DNA of 64,000 nt from an uncultured Aliarcobacter sp. (GCA_963677435.1 OY781945.1:640001-704000), one strand, 5' to 3'; positions 45,353 through 55,482 are shown, counted from the first letter of the stretch. The notes: generated by a model not told the origin, from the sequence alone. A program made the numbers and translations.

Positions 45353-45377
45353 CTTTATAGTTAGGTTTTATTCTAAA

Positions 45378-46634
45378 TTATTTTTCATATTTTCTAAATA
45401 TTACAGAACCATTAGTTCCACCAAAACCAAAATTATTACTCATAACTGTAGTTAAATTTGCTTTTCTTGCAACATTTGCAACATAATCTAAATCACATTC
45501 TGGATCTTGATTATCTATATTAATAGTTGGAGGAATAATTCCTTCTTCAAGAGCTTTAATAGTAAAAATAGCTTCAATAGCTCCTGCTGCTCCTAAACAA
45601 TGTCCAATTTGACCTTTAGTTGAAGAAACTAATGGTATGTCTTTCCCTTCAAATAGTGCTTTAATTGCTGCTGTTTCATTTTTATCACCAACAGGAGTTG
45701 ATGTTCCATGTGCATTGATATAATCAATTTTTGGGTACTCCCCAGTAATGTTTTTTGCCATTTCAAATGCTGCTTTCATAGCTCTTAAAGGACCATCCAT
45801 AACAGGTGAAGTGATGTGATTAGCATCACCTGATTCTCCAAATCCAATAATTTCAGCATAAATTTTAGCACCTCTTGCAAGTGCTATTTCTAAATCTTCA
45901 ACAACAAGTGCTCCAGCACCTTCTCCCATAACAAAACCATCTCTATCAATGTCAAATGGTCTAGATGATTTTTTTGGCTCTTCATTTCTTGTTGATAATG
46001 CTTTCATTGCAGCAAATCCTGCAACACCAGCACCACAAATTGCACTTTCTGCACCTACAACTAAAATTCTATCTGCCCCACCTATCATTATAGTTTTTAC
46101 AGCATCATTTAATGCATGTGTAGAAGCAGCACAAGCTGTAACATGTGCTAATGATGGACCTCTTAGATTGTGTTCAATAGAAATAAATCCACTTAACATA
46201 TTTGCAAGTGATGACGGAATAAAGAAAGGTGAAACTTTTCTTGAACCTTTTGTTTCGCAAACAACAGAATTTCTTTCAATTGTTGATAAACCACCAATTC
46301 CAGAACCAGAAATCATTCCAAATCTATCTGCAATAGAAGCATCAACTTTTTTATTTTCTTGTGTCACATAACCAGAATCAATCATAGCCTCAAGAGCTGC
46401 TTTTATACCTAATTGAATAAATCTATCAGCTTTTTTTACTTCTTTTTTGTCCATCACAGTTGTAGGATCGAAATCTTTTACTTCACCAGCAATTTTTACA
46501 GAAAATTCACTTGCATCAAATAGTGTAATTGTGTCAATACCACAAACACCATCTACAACAGCTTTGAAAGAATCTTTTACATTATGTCCTGTAGAATTAA
46601 TAGTACCAATACCCGTTACAACAACTCTTCTCAT
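45378..46634 (-). CDS. fabF: 3-oxoacyl-ACP synthase II
   Basis: TACAAS, NAHGTST, GHCLGAAG, NNFGFGG. Confidence 0.97.
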   Translation of the reverse strand: MRRVVVTGIGTINSTGHNVKDSFKAVVDGVCGIDTITLFDASEFSVKIAGEVKDFDPTTVMDKKEVKKADRFIQLGIKAALEAMIDSGYVTQENKKVDASIADRFGMISGSGIGGLSTIERNSVVCETKGSRKVSPFFIPSSLANMLSGFISIEHNLRGPSLAHVTACAASTHALNDAVKTIMIGGADRILVVGAESAICGAGVAGFAAMKALSTRNEEPKKSSRPFDIDRDGFVMGEGAGALVVEDLEIALARGAKIYAEIIGFGESGDANHITSPVMDGPLRAMKAAFEMAKNITGEYPKIDYINAHGTSTPVGDKNETAAIKALFEGKDIPLVSSTKGQIGHCLGAAGAIEAIFTIKALEEGIIPPTINIDNQDPECDLDYVANVARKANLTTVMSNNFGFGGTNGSVIFRKYEK

Positions 46635-46704
46635 TTAAATATGCTCCATGTTTTTATTATTTGAATTATTCAATTTTTTTATAAAAAACTCAATAGTTTA
46701 AATA

Positions 46705-46731
46705 TAAATAGAAGAATTAATCTTCTATTTA
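46705..46731 (-). terminator. Hairpin after acpP
   Basis: TAAATAGAAGA-attaa-TCTTCTATTTA. Confidence 0.65.
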
Positions 46732-46744
46732 AATAGCGTATAAA

Positions 46745-46975
46745 TTACGCGTTATTTTCGATGTAATTTATAGCGTCTGCAACAGTTAAGATTTTTTCAG
46801 CATCTTCATCAGGGATTTCGATGTCAAATTTTTCTTCTAATGCCATAACTAATTCAACAACATCTAAAGAGTCAGCACCTAAATCTTCAATAAATTTTGA
46901 ATCTTCTTTTACTTCTGCTGGATCGCAATCTAATTGCTCAATAACAACTTCTTTTACATCATCTAATAATGCCAT
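46745..46975 (-). CDS. acpP: Acyl carrier protein
   Basis: [18 protein letters not shown]. Confidence 0.98.
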   Translation of the reverse strand: MALLDDVKEVVIEQLDCDPAEVKEDSKFIEDLGADSLDVVELVMALEEKFDIEIPDEDAEKILTVADAINYIENNA

Positions 46976-47067
46976 ACTTATTCCTTTTATAAAATTATTT
47001 ACGTATTATAACAAAAAAGTTTTTAAAAACTCTTTTAAATTAAATATTTGGATTTTAATTAAAAATA

Positions 47068-47811
47068 TTAAACGTATAATCCACCGTTAACTTTTAATAT
47101 TTCACCTGTGATATATGAAGCATGATCACTTAATAAAAATGCTACTGCATCAGCTATCTCTGAAGGTTGACCGAATCTTGAAAGAGGAATATTTTTTTCA
47201 TATTCAGCTTTTACTTCATCTTTTAATTCATGAGTCATATCAGTTTGAATGAATCCTGGAGTTACTGCGTTATATCTAATTCCTCTTGAAGCTGCTTCTT
47301 TTGCAAATGATTTTGTCATTGCATTTAATCCACCTTTTGATGCTGAATAGTTAGTTTGACCAGCATTTCCCATTTCTCCAACAATTGAAGAGATATTTAC
47401 AACAGAACCAAATCTTTTTTTACTCATTACTTTTAAAGCTTCTTTACAACCAATAAATCCAGATGTTAAGTTTGCACTAATAACATCGTTAAAATCAGCT
47501 ACACTCATTCTTAATGCTAATTTATCTTTTGTAATTCCTGCATTATTAACTAAATAAGATAATTCTCCATCTGCATCAACAATTGTTTTAACTGCATTTG
47601 CGAACTCTTCATCATTTGTAACATCAGCTTTTATAATTGCAGCTTTTCCGCCTGCATTTTCAATCTCTTCTTTAATTTTTTCAGCAGCTTCAGCGCCACT
47701 TCTATAATTTATCCAAACTTTTAGTCCAAAACCTGCAAGAGTTTTTGCAATTTGTGCACCAATTCCTCTACTTGCACCTGTAACTAATACATTAGAACCT
47801 GTAAATTTCAT
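47068..47811 (-). CDS. fabG: 3-oxoacyl-ACP reductase
   Basis: TGASRGIG, NNAG, YSASK, PGFIQTDMT; fab context. Confidence 0.96.
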   Translation of the reverse strand: MKFTGSNVLVTGASRGIGAQIAKTLAGFGLKVWINYRSGAEAAEKIKEEIENAGGKAAIIKADVTNDEEFANAVKTIVDADGELSYLVNNAGITKDKLALRMSVADFNDVISANLTSGFIGCKEALKVMSKKRFGSVVNISSIVGEMGNAGQTNYSASKGGLNAMTKSFAKEAASRGIRYNAVTPGFIQTDMTHELKDEVKAEYEKNIPLSRFGQPSEIADAVAFLLSDHASYITGEILKVNGGLYV

Positions 47812-47880
47812 TTTTATCCTTTTTAATTTTACATTAATCGCTTATTATATCAACACTTTTATAAATAATATATTTGAGGC

Positions 47881-48645
47881 TTAAACGCCTCTTTTATTAT
47901 CCCAAACTCTAATATGTAATCTATCACAATATCTAAAACCATTTTCTATTGCCATATTTATCACATCTTCACAATTTTTATTTATTTCATTAGCTGTATC
48001 ACCAAGTGGCATTAAATAAACTTCACACTTTGGAATATCTTCTAAAATTGCATGAATTTCTTTATTTGCATCTTGTAAAAAATCTTTTCCAATTACAAAT
48101 TTTAAATATGATTCTTTTGTATTTGTTAAAATTTTTGTAAGAGTTTCTTTATTTATTCGCTTTTTCAAAGACTCAAGTGAATTGCTAAGTTTCACACTCA
48201 TAGAAAATAAAATCTCTTTTTGATAATCAAATTCAAAGTTTAAATTTAATGAAGCATTTGTTTCAATTGTAACTTTATGACCATCTTTTATATAATGTTT
48301 TATAAGTTTTTGAAACTCTATTTTATTCCAATATAAAAGTGGTTCTCCACCAGTTATTACAATATCAATCTTATAATTATTTGGATATTTTGATAATAAT
48401 TCGTTTACTTCACTTACAATCTCTTCATAAGATTTGTATTTAGTCCAAGTATCTTTAAATTCTGTATCAACTGCATAATATGAATCACAAGCACATTTTT
48501 TTATTCCACTTGGAGTTTCATATTCAACTGCAAAACCTTCACACTTAAAATTACACTTTCCAAATCTGATAAAGATTGAAGGAGTTCCTACAAGTTTTCC
48601 TTCACCTTGAATTGTTGGTCCAAAGATTTCATTTATTTCAAGCAT
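47881..48645 (-). CDS. queE: 7-carboxy-7-deazaguanine synthase (radical SAM)
   Basis: EIFGPTIQGEG, FIRF..C, ITGGEPLL, IETN, RLH; adjacent to queD/queC. Confidence 0.92.
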   Translation of the reverse strand: MLEINEIFGPTIQGEGKLVGTPSIFIRFGKCNFKCEGFAVEYETPSGIKKCACDSYYAVDTEFKDTWTKYKSYEEIVSEVNELLSKYPNNYKIDIVITGGEPLLYWNKIEFQKLIKHYIKDGHKVTIETNASLNLNFEFDYQKEILFSMSVKLSNSLESLKKRINKETLTKILTNTKESYLKFVIGKDFLQDANKEIHAILEDIPKCEVYLMPLGDTANEINKNCEDVINMAIENGFRYCDRLHIRVWDNKRGV

Positions 48646-49171
48646 AAAAGGTACTTTTACTTTTTGGTGTTTCTAAAAATTCCACATGAGAAACTTTTAT
48701 ATTTAATTTATCCATCTTTTTTTGAACAATTTTTAAAAACCAAGCTGAAAGATTTTCACTTGTTGGTACAAAATCAACAACTACATAACCTTCATAAAGC
48801 TCTTTTATGTGATTTTCTTCATCTTTAAATTTTGTTAAATCTACTAAATAGTAGTTTTCATCAAATTTTATTAATTCTGATTTCTCTATTTTTGGAAGTA
48901 GGGTTGAAAATAAAGGATCATTTAAATCTAAAATAAATTTATGATCTAAAACATCATCAATAAATTGTTTAAACCAATTAAGATGTTTAAAATCTGTAAC
49001 CATTCCATCTTTTAACTCTTTAGCTTCTAAATAAACTAAGATTTTGCCTTGATGTCCATGTAAATGTCTACATTTTAAACATGAATCCAATGAAAATTCT
49101 GCATCTAAAGTTTGTGACCAAACTCTATGTCCATAACAAAATTCAAACTCTTTTGATATTTTCCAATGCAT
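48638..49171 (-). CDS. queD: 6-carboxy-5,6,7,8-tetrahydropterin synthase (long form)
   Basis: F.YGHR, CRHLHGH, GMVTDF, LDHKF, PTSENL, ETP. Confidence 0.9.
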   Translation of the reverse strand: MHWKISKEFEFCYGHRVWSQTLDAEFSLDSCLKCRHLHGHQGKILVYLEAKELKDGMVTDFKHLNWFKQFIDDVLDHKFILDLNDPLFSTLLPKIEKSELIKFDENYYLVDLTKFKDEENHIKELYEGYVVVDFVPTSENLSAWFLKIVQKKMDKLNIKVSHVEFLETPKSKSTFYA

Positions 49172-49851
49172 TATAAAACCTTGTAAGGAATTGGATCTAT
49201 TTGGTTTGCTATTTTAAATCCATTAAGTCTTAATCTACATGAGTCACAAACTCCACATGCTTCTTTTTCTTCTTTGTAACATGACCAAGTGTGTTCAAGT
49301 GGAACATTTAATTTCATTGCTTCTTGAACTATTTGAGCTTTTGAAAGATGAACTAAAGGAGTTACAATATCAATATGAGTATCTTCTTTTGTTCCTTGAT
49401 TTATTGCTCTTTTCATGTCTGATATAAATAAATCAGTACAATCTGGATAACCTGAACTATCTTCTTGAACAACTCCAATATACATGGCTGTTGCACCTTC
49501 TTTTTCTGCAATTGCAGCTGTTATTGAAAGAAAAATCCCATTTCTAAATGGAACATAAGTTATAGGAACGCCAGCTTCAACTCCACCTGTTGGAACATCA
49601 ATATTTTTATCTGTTAAAGCACTAGCTCCAATTTGCGTGAAAAATGGAATATCTATTTCATATTTTTCTAAAATTTTTAAATCTTCACAAATATCTCTAA
49701 ATGCTTTTAATTCTCTATCTTGTGTTCTTTGTCCATAATTAAAATGAACTGCAATTATTTCATATCCATCATTTTTTGCTATGTATGAAGCTAATGTTGA
49801 ATCCATTCCTCCACTTAAAATGCATATTGCTTTTTTAGTTTTGTTATTCAT
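49171..49851 (-). CDS. queC: 7-cyano-7-deazaguanine synthase
   Basis: SGGMDS, YGQR, YVPFRN, YPDC, TWSCY, CGVCDSC. Confidence 0.97.
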   Translation of the reverse strand: MNNKTKKAICILSGGMDSTLASYIAKNDGYEIIAVHFNYGQRTQDRELKAFRDICEDLKILEKYEIDIPFFTQIGASALTDKNIDVPTGGVEAGVPITYVPFRNGIFLSITAAIAEKEGATAMYIGVVQEDSSGYPDCTDLFISDMKRAINQGTKEDTHIDIVTPLVHLSKAQIVQEAMKLNVPLEHTWSCYKEEKEACGVCDSCRLRLNGFKIANQIDPIPYKVL

Positions 49852-51064
49852 GTGTTAAAAAGTCCTTTTTTATATCGCTAAAGAATTTCCAATTTATTGG
49901 TAATATTTTTATTAAATTATCTTTTTTTAAAGTTTCAACTTCATCATCAATAATAATCATTGAATTACATGAGCTTAAAATTGATACCATTCCTGGTGAT
50001 CTTTTTTGTGAAACTTCAAAAAACTCTCCATCAAAAAAACCTGGAATTATTGTTGTTTTACCTTTTTTTGTGAAAAAAGAATCTTTTATTTTTCCAAGTA
50101 TAAAATTTTGATGAATATCTTTTGAGCCTAGAAATTTTTGAATTAATATTTTTCCAAACATTTCAAATATAAGTGCTGAGGCCAAAGGATTACCTGGAAG
50201 ATTTAAAATATAGGTATTTTTGATTTTACCAAAAACTGTTGGTTTTCCTGGTTTTACATTTATTCCATCAAAAAGCACTTCAAATCCTAATTCATAAAAT
50301 GCCTCTTTGGTAAAATCAGCATCCCCAACAGAAACACCACCTGAAGTAATAATTAAATCTGCATCTAATGAATTATTAACTAGCTCTTTAATAGCTTCAA
50401 TAGTATCTTTTGCTTGACCTATAAATGTTACCTCACAACCTAATTCTTGAATTCGTGAGATAAATGTTGGTGTATTTGAATTGTAAATTTGAAAAGATTC
50501 AATTTTTTCATAATGAAGTTTTAATTCTTCTCCACTTGCAAAAATTACAACTTTTGGTTTTTTATAAACTTTTATATGTGATATACCTTGACTTGCAAGT
50601 AAAGTGATTTTAGAAAAGTTTAATTCTTCACCTTTGGCAATTAAAAGTTCATCTAATTGTATATCTTCACCAATATATCTAATATGTTGAAATTCTTTAA
50701 CATTTTTTAAAATTTTTATTTTATTATCATTGAGTTTCGTATCTTCTTTTGGAATTATAGCTGTAGTATTCTCTGGTATTTTTGCTCCAGTCATAATCTT
50801 TATGCAAGAATTTTTTTCTAATAATTTATTATTGTTATCTCCAGCAAAAATTGTATCAATTATATTTAATTCATTATCTTTATCTTCATAAATTATTGCA
50901 TATCCATCCATTGCTGAATTGTTAAATTTTGGTAAAAAACTTGTGGCAAAAATATCTTGAGCACATATTCTGCTTGTAGCATTTTCTATTGGGATAATTT
51001 CAAAATTAAGACTTAGTGTTAAATTTGAAATAATATCTACAGCAGTTTGTACATTAATAGCCAT
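49844..51064 (-). CDS. moeA: Molybdopterin molybdotransferase
   Basis: SAMDGYA, IMTGA, SGEEL, TSGGVSVGDAD, KPGKP, LPGNP. Confidence 0.95.
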   Translation of the reverse strand: MAINVQTAVDIISNLTLSLNFEIIPIENATSRICAQDIFATSFLPKFNNSAMDGYAIIYEDKDNELNIIDTIFAGDNNNKLLEKNSCIKIMTGAKIPENTTAIIPKEDTKLNDNKIKILKNVKEFQHIRYIGEDIQLDELLIAKGEELNFSKITLLASQGISHIKVYKKPKVVIFASGEELKLHYEKIESFQIYNSNTPTFISRIQELGCEVTFIGQAKDTIEAIKELVNNSLDADLIITSGGVSVGDADFTKEAFYELGFEVLFDGINVKPGKPTVFGKIKNTYILNLPGNPLASALIFEMFGKILIQKFLGSKDIHQNFILGKIKDSFFTKKGKTTIIPGFFDGEFFEVSQKRSPGMVSILSSCNSMIIIDDEVETLKKDNLIKILPINWKFFSDIKKDFLTHE

Positions 51065-51147
51065 ATTATTCCTTTTTGTAGTTAAAATAAAAACTTATGA
51101 CAAGTTAGATATAATACCAAAATTTTTTAAAAGTGAGATAAACAAGA

Positions 51148-51552
51148 ATGGAATTAATGCACAGTGCGGTTCAGACCCACATTTATACAATATATTTTTT
51201 CTTAGCAATTATGTTATTTAATCTATATTCAGTATCTAAAGAAAAAGAGTTTATTGTTTTAGCAAAACGATTGAAATTTATGACACCTTTATATCATTTA
51301 ACAAATGCAATAGTAATTTACACAGGAACAATAGTAGCTTTTTATGCCCAAACTTTTAGTATTACAATAGCTTTAATGATTCCTGCTTCTATATTTTTAT
51401 TAGTAATTGAAATAAAAAGATACAAAAAAATGAGAGTTATTAAACATGATCAGATTGAATTGCAAAATGATTTTTTTGTTTATGCAAAAAAGATTTATAC
51501 AATAGAAATATCAGTAATTATTGCTGTTTATATTCTTAGTAAGGTATTTTAA
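51148..51552 (+). CDS. Hypothetical membrane protein (about 4 TM)
   Basis: Hydrophobic segments; TAATG coupling to rsmE. Confidence 0.75.
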   Translation: MELMHSAVQTHIYTIYFFLAIMLFNLYSVSKEKEFIVLAKRLKFMTPLYHLTNAIVIYTGTIVAFYAQTFSITIALMIPASIFLLVIEIKRYKKMRVIKHDQIELQNDFFVYAKKIYTIEISVIIAVYILSKVF

Positions 51553-52223
51553 TGCAATTTACTTATGATGAATTTTGTGGAAAAGATATTTTAGAAATTA
51601 AAGATGATGTTTATAATTATTTGATAAAAGCTAGACGACATAAAATTGATGATGAGATATATTTTAGAAATTTAAAAGATAACAATATTTATCTATATAA
51701 AATTAACTCTATTGACAAGAAAAAGGCAAACTTGAATTTAATTTCAAGTGAAGAGAAGATTGTAATTAATGAAAAAAAATTACATCTTGGTTGGTGTGTT
51801 GTTGATCCAAAAACAGTTGAAAAATTTATTGCTTCATTAAATGAAATGGGGGTTGATAAAATTACATTTATTTATGCTGATTATTCACAAAAAAATTTCA
51901 AAATAAATATTGAGAAACTAGAAAAGATTTTAATTAATTCTTCATCTCAATGTGGAAGATCTGATATTATAAAACTTGAAATTTCTAAAAGTTTAGAAGA
52001 TTTTATCAAAGAGAATAATGATGTTTATTTCTTAGATTTTTCTACAGTTTGTATTGATAATAAAAAAGATGAAATTAAAACTTTAGTTATTGGATGTGAG
52101 GGTGGTTTTTCTAAAAATGAAAGAGAAAAATTTAATAGGGAAAATATTGTAGGATTTAATTCAAATTTAATACTTCGTTCTGAAACAGCAATAATATCTG
52201 CTAGCTCAAAGATTCTTTTATAA
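51552..52223 (+). CDS. rsmE: 16S rRNA m3U1498 methyltransferase
   Basis: LNEMGV, SSQCGR, IGCEGGFS..E, ILRSETA. Confidence 0.93.
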   Translation: MQFTYDEFCGKDILEIKDDVYNYLIKARRHKIDDEIYFRNLKDNNIYLYKINSIDKKKANLNLISSEEKIVINEKKLHLGWCVVDPKTVEKFIASLNEMGVDKITFIYADYSQKNFKINIEKLEKILINSSSQCGRSDIIKLEISKSLEDFIKENNDVYFLDFSTVCIDNKKDEIKTLVIGCEGGFSKNEREKFNRENIVGFNSNLILRSETAIISASSKILL

Positions 52224-52255
52224 AAAAAAGATAAACTTCAAAGTTTATCTTTTTT
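52224..52255. terminator. Bidirectional terminator between rsmE and cytochrome c' gene
   Basis: AAAAAAGATAAACTT-ca-AAGTTTATCTTTTTT. Confidence 0.85.
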
Positions 52256-52261
52256 AATTTT

Positions 52262-52657
52262 TTACCAATTTCTAACTATTGAGTGACAGCTAGAACATGC
52301 ATTTAACATATCAGAATATGAATTTGCAGCTTTTATAAATGCTTTATTATCTAAATTAGCTTCTAACTCAGTAATATCTAAAGAAATTCTTTTTGAAGCA
52401 TTTTCAGCAACATTTACCATGTGTTTTTTATTATCAGGTAAATATTGGTTGATTACTTTTGCATCTGAAAAAAGTGTATTTCCTTCTTTTACAAGTTTAG
52501 TACCCTCTTTAATCAAATCAAGGTTATTATTTAAAAAACCTTTTTGAATTTGAGTCATACCTTTTTCCATAGTTGACATTGAGTTTTGTAACACATCATT
52601 TGCACTTGCAGAAACTACAAGTAATGATGCTGCGATTATTAATTTTGCTAATTTCAT
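52262..52657 (-). CDS. Periplasmic class II (c'/c556-like) four-helix cytochrome c
   Basis: Signal peptide, helical body, C-terminal CSSCH. Confidence 0.8.
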   Translation of the reverse strand: MKLAKLIIAASLLVVSASANDVLQNSMSTMEKGMTQIQKGFLNNNLDLIKEGTKLVKEGNTLFSDAKVINQYLPDNKKHMVNVAENASKRISLDITELEANLDNKAFIKAANSYSDMLNACSSCHSIVRNW

Positions 52658-52687
52658 TTATTTTTCTCCTATTATAGAAAAGATGTT

Positions 52688-53716
52688 CTAGTGAACATCT
52701 CTCCATTTACTTGCTTTCCATAAGAAACCAAAAATCGCAAAAATCACTAGATAGATTAAGAATTTAGGTCCTAATTCTTCTCTTTGTGCTTTTTTAGAAT
52801 CACCAACTTCTTCTAAGTAAGAAATAACTTGAGCTTCAGATTCTTCTGTTAATCCAACTCTAGGCATTGCTGTACCAGCAAGGTGTTTTTGTGGATCATT
52901 AATAAATGATTCTAAATATTCGTGACCTCTTGATCTAATCATTTGAGATAAATCAGGTGGAACTTTTCCCATATATTTTTTGATATCATCATTAGGTGTA
53001 AATGCTGCCATTGTACCTTTTTTCATATCAGCGTATTTAATAGAGTGACATCTTTGACAAGCATTAGTAAATACTTCTTTATTTGTCATTTCTTTAGGTG
53101 CAATGTCTTGTAAATAAGCAACTGCATCTGCAATTTCTTGAGGTTGTAACCAATCAAAGTTTGGCATTGGATGTACTTTACCATCAACAAATTTATGAGA
53201 AACTTTTGATGCTACAGCAGGATTTTTAATAAATGCAACTAAAAATTCTTTTGTATATAATTTACCAGCAGTTGCTAAATCAGGAGGAACTACTCCATAA
53301 GCTGCAGCTGAACTTGCGTTATCCATAACTTGTGGGAAACCTTTTGCTTCAATTGAGTGACAAGCAGTACAGTTACTAGTAACTATAGTTTCACCATTTG
53401 CTACATTACCAACTAAATCAATTGGTTCTTTATTTGAAGCCCAAAATTCATTTGTTGATTTTTCAAATTCTTTTAATGATTCAACAGTAGCTTTTGCAGA
53501 GTCAATATCTTTTTTATTAGTTAATTTCTCAGCTTGTACTAAAGCTTTTTCAGCTTTTTTTACATTATCTTTAGATGTTTCTTCATCAGCTTTATCAAAT
53601 TTATAATTTGCTGGTTCAACATGTGGATGCATTTGAGAGTGAGCGAATGGTTCAACTCCCCAGTATGTAATTAGCGTTAAAGCTACTACAACTGCTAGTA
53701 TTTTTAATTCTCTCAT
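52688..53716 (-). CDS. petC: Cytochrome bc complex dihaem cytochrome c subunit
   Basis: CTACH and CQRCH, PPDL motifs, GTAMPRVGL, C-terminal TM ending WRDVH. Confidence 0.95.
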   Translation of the reverse strand: MRELKILAVVVALTLITYWGVEPFAHSQMHPHVEPANYKFDKADEETSKDNVKKAEKALVQAEKLTNKKDIDSAKATVESLKEFEKSTNEFWASNKEPIDLVGNVANGETIVTSNCTACHSIEAKGFPQVMDNASSAAAYGVVPPDLATAGKLYTKEFLVAFIKNPAVASKVSHKFVDGKVHPMPNFDWLQPQEIADAVAYLQDIAPKEMTNKEVFTNACQRCHSIKYADMKKGTMAAFTPNDDIKKYMGKVPPDLSQMIRSRGHEYLESFINDPQKHLAGTAMPRVGLTEESEAQVISYLEEVGDSKKAQREELGPKFLIYLVIFAIFGFLWKASKWRDVH

Positions 53717-54963
53717 AGTGATCCCCTTTTCTTAGCGTCAATTTTAGTAACGATTGGTAAGATTAAGAACAGTAAAATAAATCCTACTGCAGCATAGAAT
53801 CCAACCCATGCATTTGAACCTGTTGGAGGTAATTTACCATATACAGTTAATACAATTAAATCAGCCATTAATATCCAGAACCAAATAAAGAATGTTGGTC
53901 TTTTATGTGCTGGTAAAATTTTAGGATCTCTATCTAACCAAGGTAATAATAGGAAAATAACATTTGCAAATGCGAATGCAATTAATCCAATATCGAATGC
54001 TTTAAATCCAGCAATATCAAAGAAGAAACCTCTTAATACTTCGTATGACCATAAGAAATACCACTCAGGATAAATATGTGCAGGAGTAACCATATTATTA
54101 GCAGGATCGAAGTTAACTGGATCCATTGCAAATTCATAATGGAAGAATACTAAATAGAAGTAGAATATCAAGAAAACACCAAGTACAGCTAAATCTTTAG
54201 AGATAAATACTGGCCAAAAAGGAATAACTTTTGACTCTTTTTTATTTCCTGCTAAATATTTTTCAGCTTCAGCATCAAAATCAAATTCATCAGAGTTTTG
54301 ATTATTTACATGAGGGATTCTTAAAGTATAGAAGTGTAAACCAATAATTCCCATAATTGTAATAGGTAATAAGAATACATGTAACATAAAGAATCTTGTT
54401 AATGTTGCATCTGCCACATTAAAGTCCCCTCTAATCCAAACTACAAGTGCATCCCCAATAACTGGAACTCCACCAAATAAGTTTGTAATAACCATTGCTG
54501 CCCAGTAAGACATTTGTCCCCAAGGTAACATATATCCAGAGAATCCAGCAGCACTGAATGTCATAAATAATAACATACCAGAAATCCAAATCATCTCTCT
54601 ACCTTGTTTATAAGAACCATAATAGATCCCTGTAAACATGTGAATATAAATAATTAAGAATACAACTGAAGCTGCAACACCATGCATATGTCTAAATAAC
54701 CAACCAAATGCAACTTCTTGCATAATTGTGTAGTTAACAGAGTCAAATGCTAAGTTAATATCAGGTTTATAGTACATCATTAAGAATATTCCAGAAATTA
54801 TTAATATTCCAAATGTTGTTGCTAACAATACACCCATTGCCCATAAGAAGTTAATATCTTTTGGAATCCAATATTCAGTCATCATAACTTTATTGAATGT
54901 TGTAAGATTTAACCTTTGGTCTAACCACTCACCAACTGAGTTTGCTTTTTCAAATTTTGCCAT
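53713..54963 (-). CDS. petB: Cytochrome b of bc complex
   Basis: WLFRHMH, GYMLPWGQMSYW, RFFMLH, HIYPEWYFL. Confidence 0.98.
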   Translation of the reverse strand: MAKFEKANSVGEWLDQRLNLTTFNKVMMTEYWIPKDINFLWAMGVLLATTFGILIISGIFLMMYYKPDINLAFDSVNYTIMQEVAFGWLFRHMHGVAASVVFLIIYIHMFTGIYYGSYKQGREMIWISGMLLFMTFSAAGFSGYMLPWGQMSYWAAMVITNLFGGVPVIGDALVVWIRGDFNVADATLTRFFMLHVFLLPITIMGIIGLHFYTLRIPHVNNQNSDEFDFDAEAEKYLAGNKKESKVIPFWPVFISKDLAVLGVFLIFYFYLVFFHYEFAMDPVNFDPANNMVTPAHIYPEWYFLWSYEVLRGFFFDIAGFKAFDIGLIAFAFANVIFLLLPWLDRDPKILPAHKRPTFFIWFWILMADLIVLTVYGKLPPTGSNAWVGFYAAVGFILLFLILPIVTKIDAKKRGSL

Positions 54964-54975
54964 GCGAACCCTTTC

Positions 54976-55482
54976 CTATGCTTGTGTTGCTACAAAAGCA
55001 GCAATTGTTTTGTATTCAGGACCAGCTTCACCTAAAACAATAGAAGAACCATCTACTTTAAATGGAGGTACATCAAGTGGTCTTGGTGGTGGTCCAAAAG
55101 TATTTTTTGCATTAGTATTATATTCACCACCATGACATGCACATTTCCATTTGTCTTTATTCCAAGCTGGAATACATCCTAAATGAGTACATAATCCTAT
55201 AGCGATAATGTATCTATCTGATCCAATTATTAAATCTCTTGGAGATTGATCCATATCAGCAGTTTTTTTAAGTACGAATACGGGTTTCCCTCTCCATACA
55301 AAAGTTTCTGGTTCTCCAGCTTTTATAGGCGTAAGATCAACTGTAGTAAATCCTCCGGCTAAAACGCTTGGAAGTGGATCCCATGCTTGTTTCATACCAA
55401 CAAGTGAGGCCGCACCACCAACTGCAGCAACTGCAGCAAATGAGTAACCAATGAAATCTCGTCTATTTGTTTGTTTAGACAT
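54976..55482 (-). CDS. petA: Rieske Fe-S subunit
   Basis: Tat signal NRRDFI, CTHLGC, CACHGG, GPPPRPL. Confidence 0.97.
   Translation of the reverse strand: MSKQTNRRDFIGYSFAAVAAVGGAASLVGMKQAWDPLPSVLAGGFTTVDLTPIKAGEPETFVWRGKPVFVLKKTADMDQSPRDLIIGSDRYIIAIGLCTHLGCIPAWNKDKWKCACHGGEYNTNAKNTFGPPPRPLDVPPFKVDGSSIVLGEAGPEYKTIAAFVATQA

Noticed and set aside
47881..49851. Dpd-type 7-deazaguanine DNA modification or defence island
   Set aside because: No dpdA/tgt paralogue or other dpd genes; the context is housekeeping
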